In this document: piece by piece, positions 50,492 through 63,054 of the stretch
Layout: each line of letters begins with the position of its first letter
Position numbering within the stretch: the stretch's first letter is position 1
Assembly (NCBI RefSeq): GCF_001447785.1
Contig: NW_015167537.1
Location: 572,016 to 636,015 of the forward strand
Reading direction: 5' to 3'
Origin: Gekko japonicus
Taxonomy: Eukaryota
DNA length: 64,000 nt
Notes under the pieces: generated by a model
The model's input: only the letters and a program-made list of their open reading frames with translations
The model's database searches: none
Told to the model about the DNA's origin: nothing
Position numbers and translations under genes: made by a program

Positions 50492-52647
50492 CCAAGGACC
50501 CTAGACTTGTTCCGTGCATTTCTTTACAGCTCAGTCTACAAATCTGTCCTCCTATTTCAACTCAAGCCTGCTTAATCTTTGAGACTTTGCTAATTTCCAG
50601 TTGTGGGATTTAGAGCCCCATTGTGTGCTTGCTTTATTTGGAAGTAAATTCCACCAATTTCAATGGGATTTAATCCCCAAGAGGTTGTACATTCAGGATT
50701 AATTCCTGTGCACAGTTACTTGGGATGTAAACAGCATAGTAGGATTTGTTTCCAAATAAACATGCATATGAGAGCAGGCTGCAATGTAATAATTCTAAAT
50801 TAAAGCCCCTTATTTAGGATCATGTATGCAATTGTAAACATACTTCGCAAAAATGTAAGAGCACTGAAATAAGTAGGGCTTAGTTCTGAGTAAAGATAGA
50901 ATTGGGTGGTTAATGTACTTAAAATCCAAGTGTTTTGACTAATTCTGGATCATTTCCATTGCTGCTTAATAGACAAATGATGGATTTAAAATCCTCTGGG
51001 GAATTAAATCATTGACTGCTGGAAATGGCACTTAGATTGTCAGGCTATCTTGCATACAGATTGTCAGGCTAGCTTGCATACGTGATGGGACTCAGGAAAC
51101 TGGTTGACTATATGCTAATTGTTCATCCAAAGGAGGTCAAGAGTTCCATTTAATACAGCTAAAGCAAATGATTGCTTGACATTTGCTTCTGCTCTGAAAC
51201 AAGGCTGCTTAGGAATGGTGGTCTTTCCTCCAGAGATGCTCACTCCTGTTGGCTAGGCAAAAAGACATCTAAAAGGGAGTGAGTTGCATCCCGTTCTTTC
51301 AAATGAAGGAAGAATTTTGTATATAAATTCAGGTACAGCAAAAATCACTGAAATACCAGAGCAAGTATAACTGGGCACTAACCAGAGAAACTGGAACAGT
51401 AATTTCTACAGTATCATGTCAAAATCCAGTGAGTTTCAAAGATGCAATTATTAAGTCACAGGGATTCCAAAGATGGGAGAAACCTTACATCTTTCTGAGC
51501 CATGATAACTTAATTATTGTCATGTGTCATGAACACATAACATTCACAAATGACAGTCTCACTAATAAAGACCTTATAAAGCGAGTTCATGTCATCTTGC
51601 ACACATTTAAACAGCTTATATACAGAAATACATTTGTTGGGTTGGGTAGAAAGAAGGGTATGTGTCTAGACTGTGTGTTTTTGGATAAATGGAGCATGGT
51701 TCTACTGTTCTCCTTTTTTAAAATCAGCCATCCACTCACTTTTTCTCTGGGTTATTTTTTCCCCTGGACATGGTAATGTCTACATATGCACCAAAGACTT
51801 TTATTCCCAGACAAGAGTCTTTCACAGCCCGCAAGCATCTCCCATACGTCTGCATCAAATGGCCCACTCAGCACTTTACGGGGATCATTTTGCTTCCATG
51901 AAAGGATCTGCTGGCTTGACTTTTTCAGCTTTAAAGCAGATTTACAATGCAGTTTTCACCAACAAAGGACTGGAAACTAGCTTCAAAACAAATATATCAG
52001 GAAAAAATATTGCATAGTATTAGGATGGCCGTTTTTTAAACTTTATTGAAACGCAGTATTATATTTATAATTTTTTCTTACATGTTCAGAAGATTTCGTG
52101 TGGTTTTCCTTTCTTCCTCTGACATACAAGTAATTTATGGAAAAGGGCATGGAAATTTTACTTTTGATAGGCCATGGATGGGATAGAAATGGCAATTCAT
52201 ACTCAGACCCTCAGTATAGTGAAGTCCCCATCAGTCAAATTGAGCTGCAATTTTCCAGGGTTTATCTTAGTAAGCTGTGGCTATATAGTTTGCAGAATGC
52301 AGATGCTTCTTCTCAAGCAGTTGTCAGCTTGGGTATGAGCCTCAGTCTCATCTTCCCTTTACTAAATCCACAAAGGGAAAGAATTGAGGAGCCTGAAGTT
52401 GGTTCCTTATTCATTCCATATTTGTGACTTATTTATGAATTCATCCAGAAACACTGAGGAGAGTTGGAAAGCTCTGAACCCCAAAATAAGGTCTGGAACA
52501 CCACATATCATATACCCCCTGGTTCAGGGGACTCTCTGATTGAAGGCTGTTCCAAAATGCCGTGCCCCCAGGACAACCACGCAGGCAGACACTGGGGCCA
52601 GGCTGCACCCTCAAAACAATCTGTGGACCACCCCAAATGATATATCC

Positions 52648-53068
52648 CCAGCCCTGGTTAGTACTTGGATGGGAGTGAAGTCCAGGGTTGCTGCGCAGAG
52701 GCAGGCAATGGCAAACTTCCTCTGATCCAGTGCGGTGTAGTGGCTAAGAGCAGCAGATTGTAATCTGGAGAACCATGTTTGATCCCCCACTCCTCCACAT
52801 GAAGCCTGCTGGGAGACCTTGGGCCAGTCACAGTTCTCTCGGAACTCTCTCAGCCTCACCTCCCTCACGAGATGATTGTAAGCCGCTTTGAGACTCCTTA
52901 GGGTAGAGAAAAGTGGGGTATAAAAGCCAACTCTTCTTCTTCTTCTGTTCATCTCTGCCTCTGCACATAGGCAGGCAATGGCAAACCTCCTCTGTTCATC
53001 TCTTACCTTGAAAACTCCCCGGGGTTGTCATAAGTCAGCTGCGACTCGACAGCGCTTTCCACTACCAC
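52648..53068 (+). mobile_element. 5S-derived SINE interrupted by a Squam3-like SINE (52727-52946)
   Basis: CCTGGTTAGTACTTGGATGGGAG (5S box C region); AGGCAGGCAATGGCAAAC on both sides of the insert; RTE-type tail CATAAGTCAGCTGCGACTCGACAGC. Confidence 0.75.
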
Positions 53069-54299
53069 GCTCCAGTTCTCCTCCTGCACCTCTAACAGCA
53101 GCAGAATACACAGACAAATAGCAGATGGAGACAAGTTTGGGGAAATCTTCACCTGCTAAAGATCTACCTGCAGCTTGGGCATATAAAGGAAGCCTTGTGG
53201 CCTGGAATGCAGAGAGAAGCACTCATTTAATAGCCAGGATCTGAACAACCCTCATCTTTGAGAGAAAGTTTGGATTTCTTGATTTTGTGCAGGCTCTGTT
53301 CTGATTCCTTCATTTTTCAGCCGAGCCCCTTTTTCTGACCTACGTTCCAATCTCCTGGGGGGAAAGTGATGATTTTCATAAACAAAATGATGAATCTTGA
53401 ACAAGATCTTGGCTGCTCAAAGCATCAGGGCTGTTTGTTCCTCTCTTCTGCCTGAAGAATGCTACTCCTTGGAGTGCAACCTGGGGTGTGTCTGAATGTT
53501 TCCAAAGGGCCCTACCCCACCCTCTTGGAAGACTCCTGACTGTAAGCACCACCGCCATTTCCTTGGTTCTTAGGCCCAACATAATGTCAGGTTGGGAAGG
53601 CAAAGAGTGTCCATCATGGTTGCATAGACTCAGCATCTCACTTAACTTGTGTTGCAAAATGAATAACTACTCCCCTTGCATTAAAGCCTGTAACTACTCT
53701 CTTACTGTGACAAACAGATTGGGTTAGCTCATTTTCTTTCCGTCTCATGCTTTTAGATGAAAGAGGGACTGGAAGTGAAGTTAGTGACTTTCAGATAGAA
53801 GTCACTTTGTCTAAGTACAAAAAGGCTGAAATGGGATTGTTAACCAACCTTCCCAATCCTACTTAGCCGTCAGTTGATTTACAGTACAGGTCTACTCAGA
53901 ATCCTACTTAGATCTATTCAGTGGACTTACTCCCAGGAAAATGTTCCTAAGATTGCACTGTTAGAAGCCTAACAAAATCACATTCAGAATGGCCTTTCTG
54001 ATTTTTACACTGTAAGGGCTGAAATGTCCTTTAAGTGGCACATGTGAATGCAGCTGGGATCTCCAATCCACTGAAATCTTTGAAAGGGATTTCCTTGTAT
54101 TCAAAGGAAAAACAAGCTTTAAACCAATTGTAGTGTACATTCCTTCCTTAAAGCAAAACACAAGTGAAACTCCCACTTCCTAGCAAGAAAAACCCACATT
54201 CCTTTTTTTAAAAGCCCAGTTTTTCATCCTAGCATATTACAAGTCTCCCAGATACATAGACACTGCATTGTCTTTGATCCCCAGGAAAAAGAGTTAGGA

Positions 54300-55330
54300 A
54301 CTTAAGAGGCTGGCACTGCCTGGCTGGGTAGCAATGGCCACATCACCTCATAGCTGAAGGCATCCAAGATAACATCACCTCATAACTGGAGGCATCCAAG
54401 ATCACACCCAGACTCTTGGTGGTGCTGGTGGGAGTTGGCACCCCAAATCTGTCCCCCCTACCCAGCCACAGAACCTCAGCCAACTCTTTCTCAACTATCC
54501 CGCCACAGCCTCCAGCCCCCGGGCAGATTTTCTGGGGCGGTATCTGGCTGGCTGCCCATCCACAGATATAGCTGGGTGTTATCAGCGTACTGGTAACATC
54601 CCAGCCCGAAAGTCCATGCCAGTTGGTGAGGGGGTGTATGTAAATATTGAACAACATTGAAGAGAGGATTGCCCCCTGAGGAACCCAACATACTAGAGGG
54701 TTCCTAGTTGACACCCTCTCTCCCAGTGCCACCCTCTGTCCCCCACTTTGGAGGAATGAGGTGAGTCACTTCAGGAATACCCCACAAACTCCTATGTTGG
54801 AGAGGCAGTGGGTCAAAAGATCGTGATCAACCATGTCAAACGCTGCTGTAAGTTCAAGCAGCAGCAGCACTGACCCGCCTCGATCCAACTGTTTGCAGAG
54901 ATCGTCAGTGAGGGCGACCAGTGCCATCTCTGTCCCAAGGCTGGGGCAGAAGTCAGACTGGAATGGGTTCAGTGCTAATGTATCTTCCAGGAAATTCTGG
55001 AGCTGTTCCACCACTGCTCTCTCAATTACCTTACCCAGAAATGGAACATTCAAAAATGGGTGGTAATTGGAAGGATCCATAGGATCCAAAGTTGATTTCT
55101 TTAAGAGCGGTACAGCCACCGCCTCTTTTAATCCCTCTGGATAGCTCCTTGAATCCAGGGACAGGTTGATAACGTCTACCGGGGCAGACCACCTCAGGGG
55201 CCAACCGCCCCCACTTCTCTGTCTTTGGCATGCCACTGCAGCGGTGGGGGAGGCTTTTCATCCCTTTCCTCTGGCTCCATGTGAGCTTCCTAGGGCACAT
55301 AGATTCAGAAAAAGGGAGCGAAAGCCTCTC
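54300..55330 (-). mobile_element. L2 LINE ORF2 (RT) fragment, decayed
   Basis: LKEAVAVPLLKKSTLDPMDPSNYHPFLNVPFLGKVIERAV...TEMALVALTDD...AAFDMVDH; VPQGAILS; QYADNTQLY. Confidence 0.9.
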
Positions 55331-56774
55331 CCCCACTTGCTGTTTCTGCTGGTGAAAACAGGCCAGAAGGGAAAGCAGAATGACACTCCCTCACAGCACC
55401 AAGCAAACGAGAGACTTTTAATGTGAGTTCCCTCCCTGTATGTCTGACTGCGAGTCCAGTTGTGCACCCATAATGTTTGTCTGGCATATTGTGTGATTGA
55501 GTCCACGGTGCTTAGGATACAAGTGGCTGTTAGGAAGAGCAACTTCTATACACTGCTTTGGGAACCATTTCTGCAATGTAGCCTGTAGACAAGAAGCCTC
55601 ATCGGATAGTAGGGAAGGTAGGCACTCTTCCAAGCTCAAAGTAAAACTCTCCCTGAATGCCTGGATCTTTCTGTACTTGCATCTGTATTGTAAAGATATT
55701 TGATTCCATTTTCAAGGTTTTCTGAACATCTGCAGGACTTTAAAAAACAGAAAGCAAGGGTTCTCAGAGTCCTGAGAGAAGCACAAAAGCATTTAGTGGG
55801 AAAGGATTGCCTTTCCCCCCACTGCAGTGTTCATGACTAAAAAGGTGAGTTGGCAAAGGCAACTTGAGGAGCCCCATATGAATAAAGGAAAACTGGAAAC
55901 AAGGGGTCAAAACTGCCAAATTCATTTCCATTGGGACTCGACTGAAAGACGTTCCCAGCAAATTGCACTTTTACCTGCACCTGCAGTTCCCAGAGAAATC
56001 AATGACGTCCAGGTGCTCATCATCTAATGCTTGTAGGTCACCTTTTAAGTAAGCTCTTTCCTCTCCAACTCCTTGACAGGAGTCACCCTTTGAAAGGAGT
56101 GTTTCTTCCCCTTTGCACAGTGCACTTTCAGTTCCTCTCGGTCATCTTACAGTTTCTCATTACAAGGATTCATGGAAATTGAACAAGGTGTAGGTTGCAA
56201 TCAATCACGTCTACTAGCAACCTGACTGTAATGGGGGATTTGCCCCAGCACCCTCATCCAGCTGCTACACTCAGCAGTATTTTCTAAGTAAAAGAGAGAA
56301 CTCCGCCAAATAGAATCCTTCAGCCTCACATAAAGTGCTCAGGATTGGTAACCAAACTCTGTTTGAATGTAATGTTATCTCCTTTGTTCTTTGATGTATT
56401 TTTTAAAGGCTTTGCCCCAACTGTCTTGCCAAACTGTTTAACTAACCTTGAGGTGACAGAAATATGCCTTTTGCAAGAATAGTCACTTCTCCCTCTGAGA
56501 GGAGGACATTTTGCTGGGTGTTTCCCACCCTATCCTTGGGGAGGAAGGAACCAAACTTCACTTCCTGTCCTCTTGGTGGGACATGCCCATCAACTCAGTT
56601 TAGTTCCTGCCTTGTTAGGGAGAGAAGCACATCGTTGGCACTTGTGCTTTTGCAGCCTTTTTTCTTAACTTTTTCCTTAACCTTTTCTTAACTTTTCACT
56701 TAATTCTTTACTCCTAAAATCTGGCTACTCCTATTTCTAACTTCCCCTCTCCCTCCCGCCGCCCTGATCGGGGC

Positions 56775-58499
56775 ATGTCGGATAGGGAAGTCGCTGACAA
56801 TTTCTTCTCAGAAGACGAAACTGGGGAAGACTTCCTTTCAGCTCAGCGCGCCTCTGTTACAGCCGCAGCTATGTCCTCTGCTCCTGCTGCCGTGGCGAGC
56901 TCTTCCGCACCAAAAGACACAGGCGCCAAAAAGCGTCCCCACTCTCCCAGCATGTTGCGGGCGCCATTTTGAATCAAGCGGCTAAACTCGCTCACCCCGA
57001 AGAAGGGGTAGGAGGCTGCGGGGCAGCTTTCGCTGCTACCATAAGCCAAGGCTCAAACCCTGAGGAAGGACTGGCGGTCCCAAGTTTCCAGGAACCGGCG
57101 GATCGCGGCAATGGCGCTCCTTCTGCCGGTCTACTTGTGAGTAACCCCGGTCAGGGCTGTAATCCTCTGTTAATGCCAGATGTAATGTGGTTCTTTAGAG
57201 AAATGGTGAGAGAAAAGTTAGCCACCCTGCGCAGGGACTCCCAGGGGAATAGTTTCCAAGAGCCCCTCCCTACCCAGCCCAGCCACTGCCCCCAAGGGGA
57301 GTTTGGTCACGACTGCCCAGAGGAAGACAGACCCCGCTGGCCAACAAAGGCAGCTAGAAAGAGCCACCATTGCTCCTTGAGTGCGGATCCCCAGTGGGAC
57401 CTTTCTCAGATGGAGGAGAGTGAAATAGGAGGACCGGAGAAAGGTGAGTTCCTCTCTGATGAGGAGGAAGAAGAAGAAGTGGAAGTTCCTGACCGTTCCA
57501 TGCACTTTTTTAAACCTGAGGACTATATGTACTTGCTCAAAAAGACCATGTCCACCTTAGAGCTTATCCCTAGACTGAAAGCAGATGACACAGCCAATGA
57601 TGAATCTGCAGATGGGTTGAGACCCAGGGGGAGTAAAGATTATTTTCCTAGAACCCCAGGGTTTGAAAAAGTTTTCCCTTTTCCAGAATTCCTAGAGAAG
57701 CAATTGGTTAAGGAATGGACTAAGCCCATGGCAAACAAGCACTGTCCTCCTAATATTAAAAAATTGTATGCATTGCCTAATTTTACAGAAGCTCTTGCAG
57801 GTCCCCCCAGTGGATGCTCCGATAACCGCACTCCAGACCTCAGGCCTGCTGTCTGAAGAGGGAGAACGTATGGTGCATGATATTCTGGATAAGAAGGCTG
57901 AATTTGCCTTACATAAGGCCCACGAAGCCACAGCTATGGCCATCAGAACGAAAGCCACAGCCACGGTTGTAGCTCAGGCCTCCATAGCCTGGTCCAAAAA
58001 GATGACTCAACTTATCCCGGACTCTAATAAACGCTTGGCTGAAGGGGCGAACAGGCTCCTTCAAGCTTCTTTTTCTGCTGATGCCACACTTGATGCTATG
58101 ATATTCTCTTCCAGAGCTTTGGCTTCCACGGTGGCAGCTAGGAGAACCTTGTGGCTATGTGCCTTGCAAGCAGACCTTCATGCCAAAGGAATCGTTACGG
58201 CATACCCCTTCCAGGGCAACCGCCTCTTTGGTGATTCCTTAGATAAAATCCTCATGGAGACAAAGGATAAAAAGAAAGCCTTGCCACGCTTGCTGGGCAG
58301 AGGAGACAGACGAGGACTTGGCAACTTTTCCTTTCAAGGTTCATGGTCTTCCTACAGATTTGACAGAGATGGGAGACGTCCCTTCTTGGGGACCTCAAGA
58401 CAGAATTTCAGACACAATCCTTTCCACAACAGACCAGGCAGCTCCTTCCCTCCAAGAGACAACAAGTCCGGGAAAGGAAACAAGTCCTCCACCACATGA
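56775..58499 (+). pseudogene. DIRS gag (LAP2alpha-like domain), frameshifted across three ORFs
   Basis: ORFs 56775-56972, 56969-57856, 57768-58499; LQVPPVDAPITAL...DKKAEFAL...ARRTLWL...PFQGNRLFGDSLD typical of vertebrate DIRS ORF1. Confidence 0.8.
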
Positions 58500-60375
58500 C
58501 TACGAATCAGTGCCCGTGGGAGGACATCTGCTCATATTTCATCGGACTTGGGTAGAGTCCAACGCAGACGCCTGGTCCAGGGAAATCGCGTCAAATGGAT
58601 ACTCCATCGAATTTCTGAGCAAACCCCCAGACCGCTACATCCTCTCTCCACTGATAAAAGACGAAGGCAAGCTACAAAGAACTCTGGATGCTGTACATCA
58701 TCTGGCCAGCATTCTAGCCATTGAGCCTGTTCCATTCGATCAAAGGGGACAGGGTATCTATTCCATCTTTTTCACCGTTCCCAAAAGGAACGGCAGCTGG
58801 AGAGCCATATTGAACTTTAAATTCCTAAACAAATTCGTACGCTTACGCCGTTTTTGCATGGAAACACTTCGCTCGATAGCAGAGGCTCTTCAACTGGGTG
58901 AATTCCTGATGTCTGTCGATCTACAGGAGGCGTACCTACACATACCCATCTTTGCCGGGCACAGATGTTTCCTGCGGTTCTGTGTTCAAGGACAGCACTG
59001 GCAGTTCCAGGCCCTTCCGTTCGGTCTCTCTACTGCACCCAGGGTCTTTTCCAAGATGTTAATCCATCCAGTTGTCCTGCTGAGGGAACAAGGTGTCCAT
59101 GTCCACCCATATTTGGACGACCTCGTGATCCACTCCGCCTCTCACCTCAAGTTGATTCAGGATACAGAGGCCACTGTACGTTGCCTTCAGATGCATGGTT
59201 TCCTTGTGGATGTCCAGAAGAGCTGCCTTGTCCCGTCTCAAACACTAGAACACCTAGGAGTGATCTTGGATACATCGCAAAACAAGATGCTTCCACCCAA
59301 ACCCAAGGCAAAGACAATATGCAACGTTTGCAAACAGATCTTCAGGAGCAGGCGTTCCTCACTCATGACCCTGGCCAGACTGATGGGTCTCTTAGTCTCT
59401 TGCATTGATACGGTTCTATGGGCTCGTCTCCACTCAAGGCCTTTGCAACAACTTCTGCGACCTTTTCAACACAAGATCTTGTGTCGGGAAGACATCCCCA
59501 TAGGCCTTCCTGCTGCCGTAAGTTACAGGCGCCTGGTGGACCAAAATGTCAAACCTACTAAGAGGCCGCGCATACTTCGTGACACACTGGGAGCAGATAG
59601 TCACAGACGCCAGTCTGGTGGGCTGGGGTGCGGTCCACCTCAATGTTCCCTCTCAGGGCCTGTGGTCCACTCATGAGAACAAACTACTGATCAACGTTCT
59701 GGAGCTGAGGGCTGTCAGGCTGGCTCTACTTCAATTCCATCACCAAGTCTCAGGCCTCCACGTGTTGATCCGGATGGACAACATAGCCACCAAGTCCTAT
59801 ATCAACAACCAGGGCGGCTCCAAATCAACCCGCCTACACAAGGAAGCGACGCTCCTCCTCATGTGGGCAGAACACAACCTCACCTCTATCAAGGCAGAAT
59901 ACATCAGGGGCTCTCTGAATACCCAGGCCGACTGGCTCAGCCGCTGCCAATTACAGGAGGTGGAGTGGTCTCTGCGGAGAGACCTCTTTCTGGTGATAGT
60001 GGAGAACTTCGGTCTGCCAGATGTGGACCTACTTGCCTCCCTGCTCAACTTCCAGGTTCCCCGGTACTTCACTCAGTTTTATCACTGAGAGGCAGAAGCG
60101 ATGGCTGCTCTGACATCCCCCTGGCCACCAGGTCTGATGTTCGCATTTCCTCCCACTCCAAACATTCCGAGATTCCTCAGGAAACTCAAGGAGCAGAAGG
60201 TGGAGGCCATTCTGGTGGCTCCCTATTGGCCATGAAGACCATGGTTCTCAGAGATCCAATGCCTGTCAATCCGTTCTTATCTCTCTCTTCCGACAGCCCC
60301 CGACATGCTACTACAAGGCCCAGTCTGGCATCTGGATCTGGGCTGGCTTCATCTGACCGCATGGCGATTGAGCGG
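58318..60375 (+). pseudogene. DIRS pol: reverse transcriptase, RNase H, Dam-like methyltransferase domain; frameshift and stops
   Basis: DLQEAYLHIP, LPFGLSTAPRVF, YLDD; TDASLVGWGA, INVLELRAV, DNIAT, NTQADWLSR; PDVDLLAS, FAFPP, VAPYWP; frameshift near 59520, TGA at 60086-60088. Confidence 0.9.
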
Positions 60376-61359
60376 CACGGGCTCCTCAAGCTCGACTACC
60401 CTGAGAAAGTAACCAACATGATCATGGCGGCTAGACGACATTCTACATGTCGCATCTACAATACCACCTGGAAAACCTTTGTGCGGTGGGCCAGAAGGAA
60501 GTTGGTGGACCCCTTGAAGCCTCGCCTCAGGAATATACTCACTTTCCTACAAGACGGTCACGACTCAGGACTTAAGTCATCTACCTTGCAGAGACAGGTG
60601 ATGGCTTTGTCTACGGTTCTTCCCCTCTTCAAAGGTTGGAGTTTATCTAGACACCCACACGTCAAACGCTTTCTGAAGGGAGCGTCGTCTCAGGACCCGC
60701 CTGTCGTCCATAGGTTTCCTACTTGGAGACTAAACATGGTTCTCAACACATTGACCAAGCCCCCTTTTGAACCAATTACAGATATTTCTTTGAAGTGGCT
60801 TCGAATGAAAACCTTGTTCTTAGTGGCGGTAACGACTGCTCGGCGGGTGTCTGAACTGGGAGCTCTGTCAGCTAGTCCACGCTTTTGCATCTTCCATAAA
60901 GATAAAGTCGTTCTGATTCCTGACCCCACCTTTCAGCCTAAGGTCAATACCAGGTTTCACAGATCTCAGGAGATCTGTCTCCCCTCCTTCTGCCTAAACC
61001 CGACTCGCACATAGGAGCATATATGGCATTTGCTGGATGTCCGCCACACCCTGAAAGTGTTCCTACATCGAACCATGTCCTTTCGAAAATCTGCATCTCT
61101 ATTCGTTTCAATTTCTCCCCCTAATAAGGGCTTCAAGATGTCCAGTTCCACGATCAGCTCTACTCTCAAACTGTGCATCATTGAGGCCTACAGGGCACAG
61201 GAGTTGGTTCCTCCGACGGGCATCACCACATACTCCATCCATAGTGCGGCCACATGGTCTTCTGTCGCTACCTTCACAAGCCATTACAAGATTGATGTTT
61301 TTGATTCAGCTGATGCAGCCTTCGGCAGACGAGTCCTTCAGCAAGTCCTGACAGACTAG
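60361..61359 (+). pseudogene. DIRS tyrosine recombinase, disrupted
   Basis: STCRIYNTTWKTF, KTLFLVAVTTARRVSEL, AATWSSVATFTSHY; in-frame TAG at 61012-61014; HxxR motif reads YSIH. Confidence 0.88.
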
Positions 61360-63054
61360 ACGATGACCCACCCAGGATTCATGGACACTGCTCTAGGAGG
61401 TCCCAGCAAGATGTCCTCCTCTCAGAGGGAGAATGGACCCTTAGTACTTACCCATGAAGGGTCCTTCTCCTCTGAGATGAAGGAGGACATCTTGGGCCCT
61501 CCCAAGTCATTGTCTTCTATGTCTTCTTTACCTTCTTTATCTTCATTTATCTCCTTGCATATGCCTTATCTATACCTGTGTGACACACTTAATCCTTCCT
61601 GTTCTCTTTGCTACATTGCTGCACGAGTTACGGTGTTGATTTTTTTTACAGTTATGTAACCAGTTTACTGCTTTTTGGAGTTCCTACCTGAGTTGATGGG
61701 CATGTCACACCGAGAGGACAGGAAGTGAAGTTTGGTTCCTGCCTCCCTAAGGATAGGGTGGGAAACATTCAGCAAGATGTCCTCCTTCATCTCAGAGGAG
61801 AAGGACCCTTCACGGGTAAGAATCAATGGTCCATTTTTTGTTACTCCCTAAAGTCTGAAAGGAGTTAGAGTTTACATGGCCTTGTTAGTCATAGTTTAGA
61901 AATGGCCTCTAACTAGTCCTTTAAAATAACTGGCACTGCACATGTTAATCCATCAGTTTTTGAATGTAACTTCAAGAGATGGATGTGCTTGTGTTCTTCA
62001 CAGCTCAGAATGCTCAGAGCTCCCACAGTACCTCAAAAACCAGGTGGGACAGTGCCTTTCACAAGGTTCATCTTCAAGTCATGTGCAGTTATCATGCAAA
62101 AGGTAATTAACAATACAACCATAAACAGAAACATACCTTTCTAAATTCGTTGAAGTCCATGGGTTTAGAAGGGTACAAATGGGTACAACTCTGCTTAGGA
62201 TTCCACTGTAAGTGATGTGAATGCAACCAGCCCTAGGTTTTGTTCAAATAGCTCCTCCATTTTACAGACAGTCACCCTGAGTTCACTAGAAGCAAATAAG
62301 CCTGAACATGCAAAGGGAGGCAGTGTTGAGTTCATGATTACAGAGGCTTGAATGCTCCAGACATTTTCATTTGGGAAGTTTGATTCAGGTTTTCTGGAGT
62401 TGGTCTGAGACAAATTTAAATTATACTTTGGCAAAAGGAATTTAGCTTTTGCATTCTGTGTGACAGTAGCGATGCTCACACAGGGTAGCACTAGTGGGTG
62501 ACAGGCACAGAAGGTACTTTCTGTGTTATATTTGAAAAACATCTTTCTTGTGGTGAAGCAATTAGGCAGTGGCCAGACTGGCAGTTTTGCACGATCTGCG
62601 GCTGTGATTTGTTTCAGAGGGGGATGCAGTCAGTGGTTAATCTGGCACTTCCTGTAGGGGTGTGTGTGTGTGAGTGCGCACAAAAACTTGTAAGAGAGAA
62701 TCTTAAATTTAATTAGTCTGCATAAAAGTGTCATGATGACAATAGCCTTTTGACTTCTTATGGGGGCTCCTCCCGTTTCAAATTGCTCCAAAATGGTGAC
62801 TTTACCCTATCCAATTACTGAAGCATGGATTTGGATGTAACCCTCTATATGCATAAAATATCACTGGAATTATGTGAACATCAAATGACTTTATTTTAAC
62901 CAAAAGCTGCATTTTTTTCATTCTCCTGTTAAATTATTTGTCAAAGATAGATGTATGACTATTGGCATACACTGCATACTAAATAGGGTGATGATCAACT
63001 TATGATGCATCTTTTATATGGATAATATTTTCTACTGGCTTTATATACTAGTAA

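Larger units (their letters stand above)
56487..61835 (+). mobile_element. DIRS1-type tyrosine-recombinase retrotransposon, near full length
   Basis: Inverted terminal repeats (about 56487-56600 vs 61689-61785), internal complementary region 61402-61496, gag / RT-RNaseH-MT / YR order, TT at both junctions and no long TSD. Confidence 0.95.

Noticed and set aside
51033-51081. 24-bp tandem duplication AGATTGTCAGGCTA(T/G)CTTGCATAC
   Set aside because: Ordinary local duplication with no further structure
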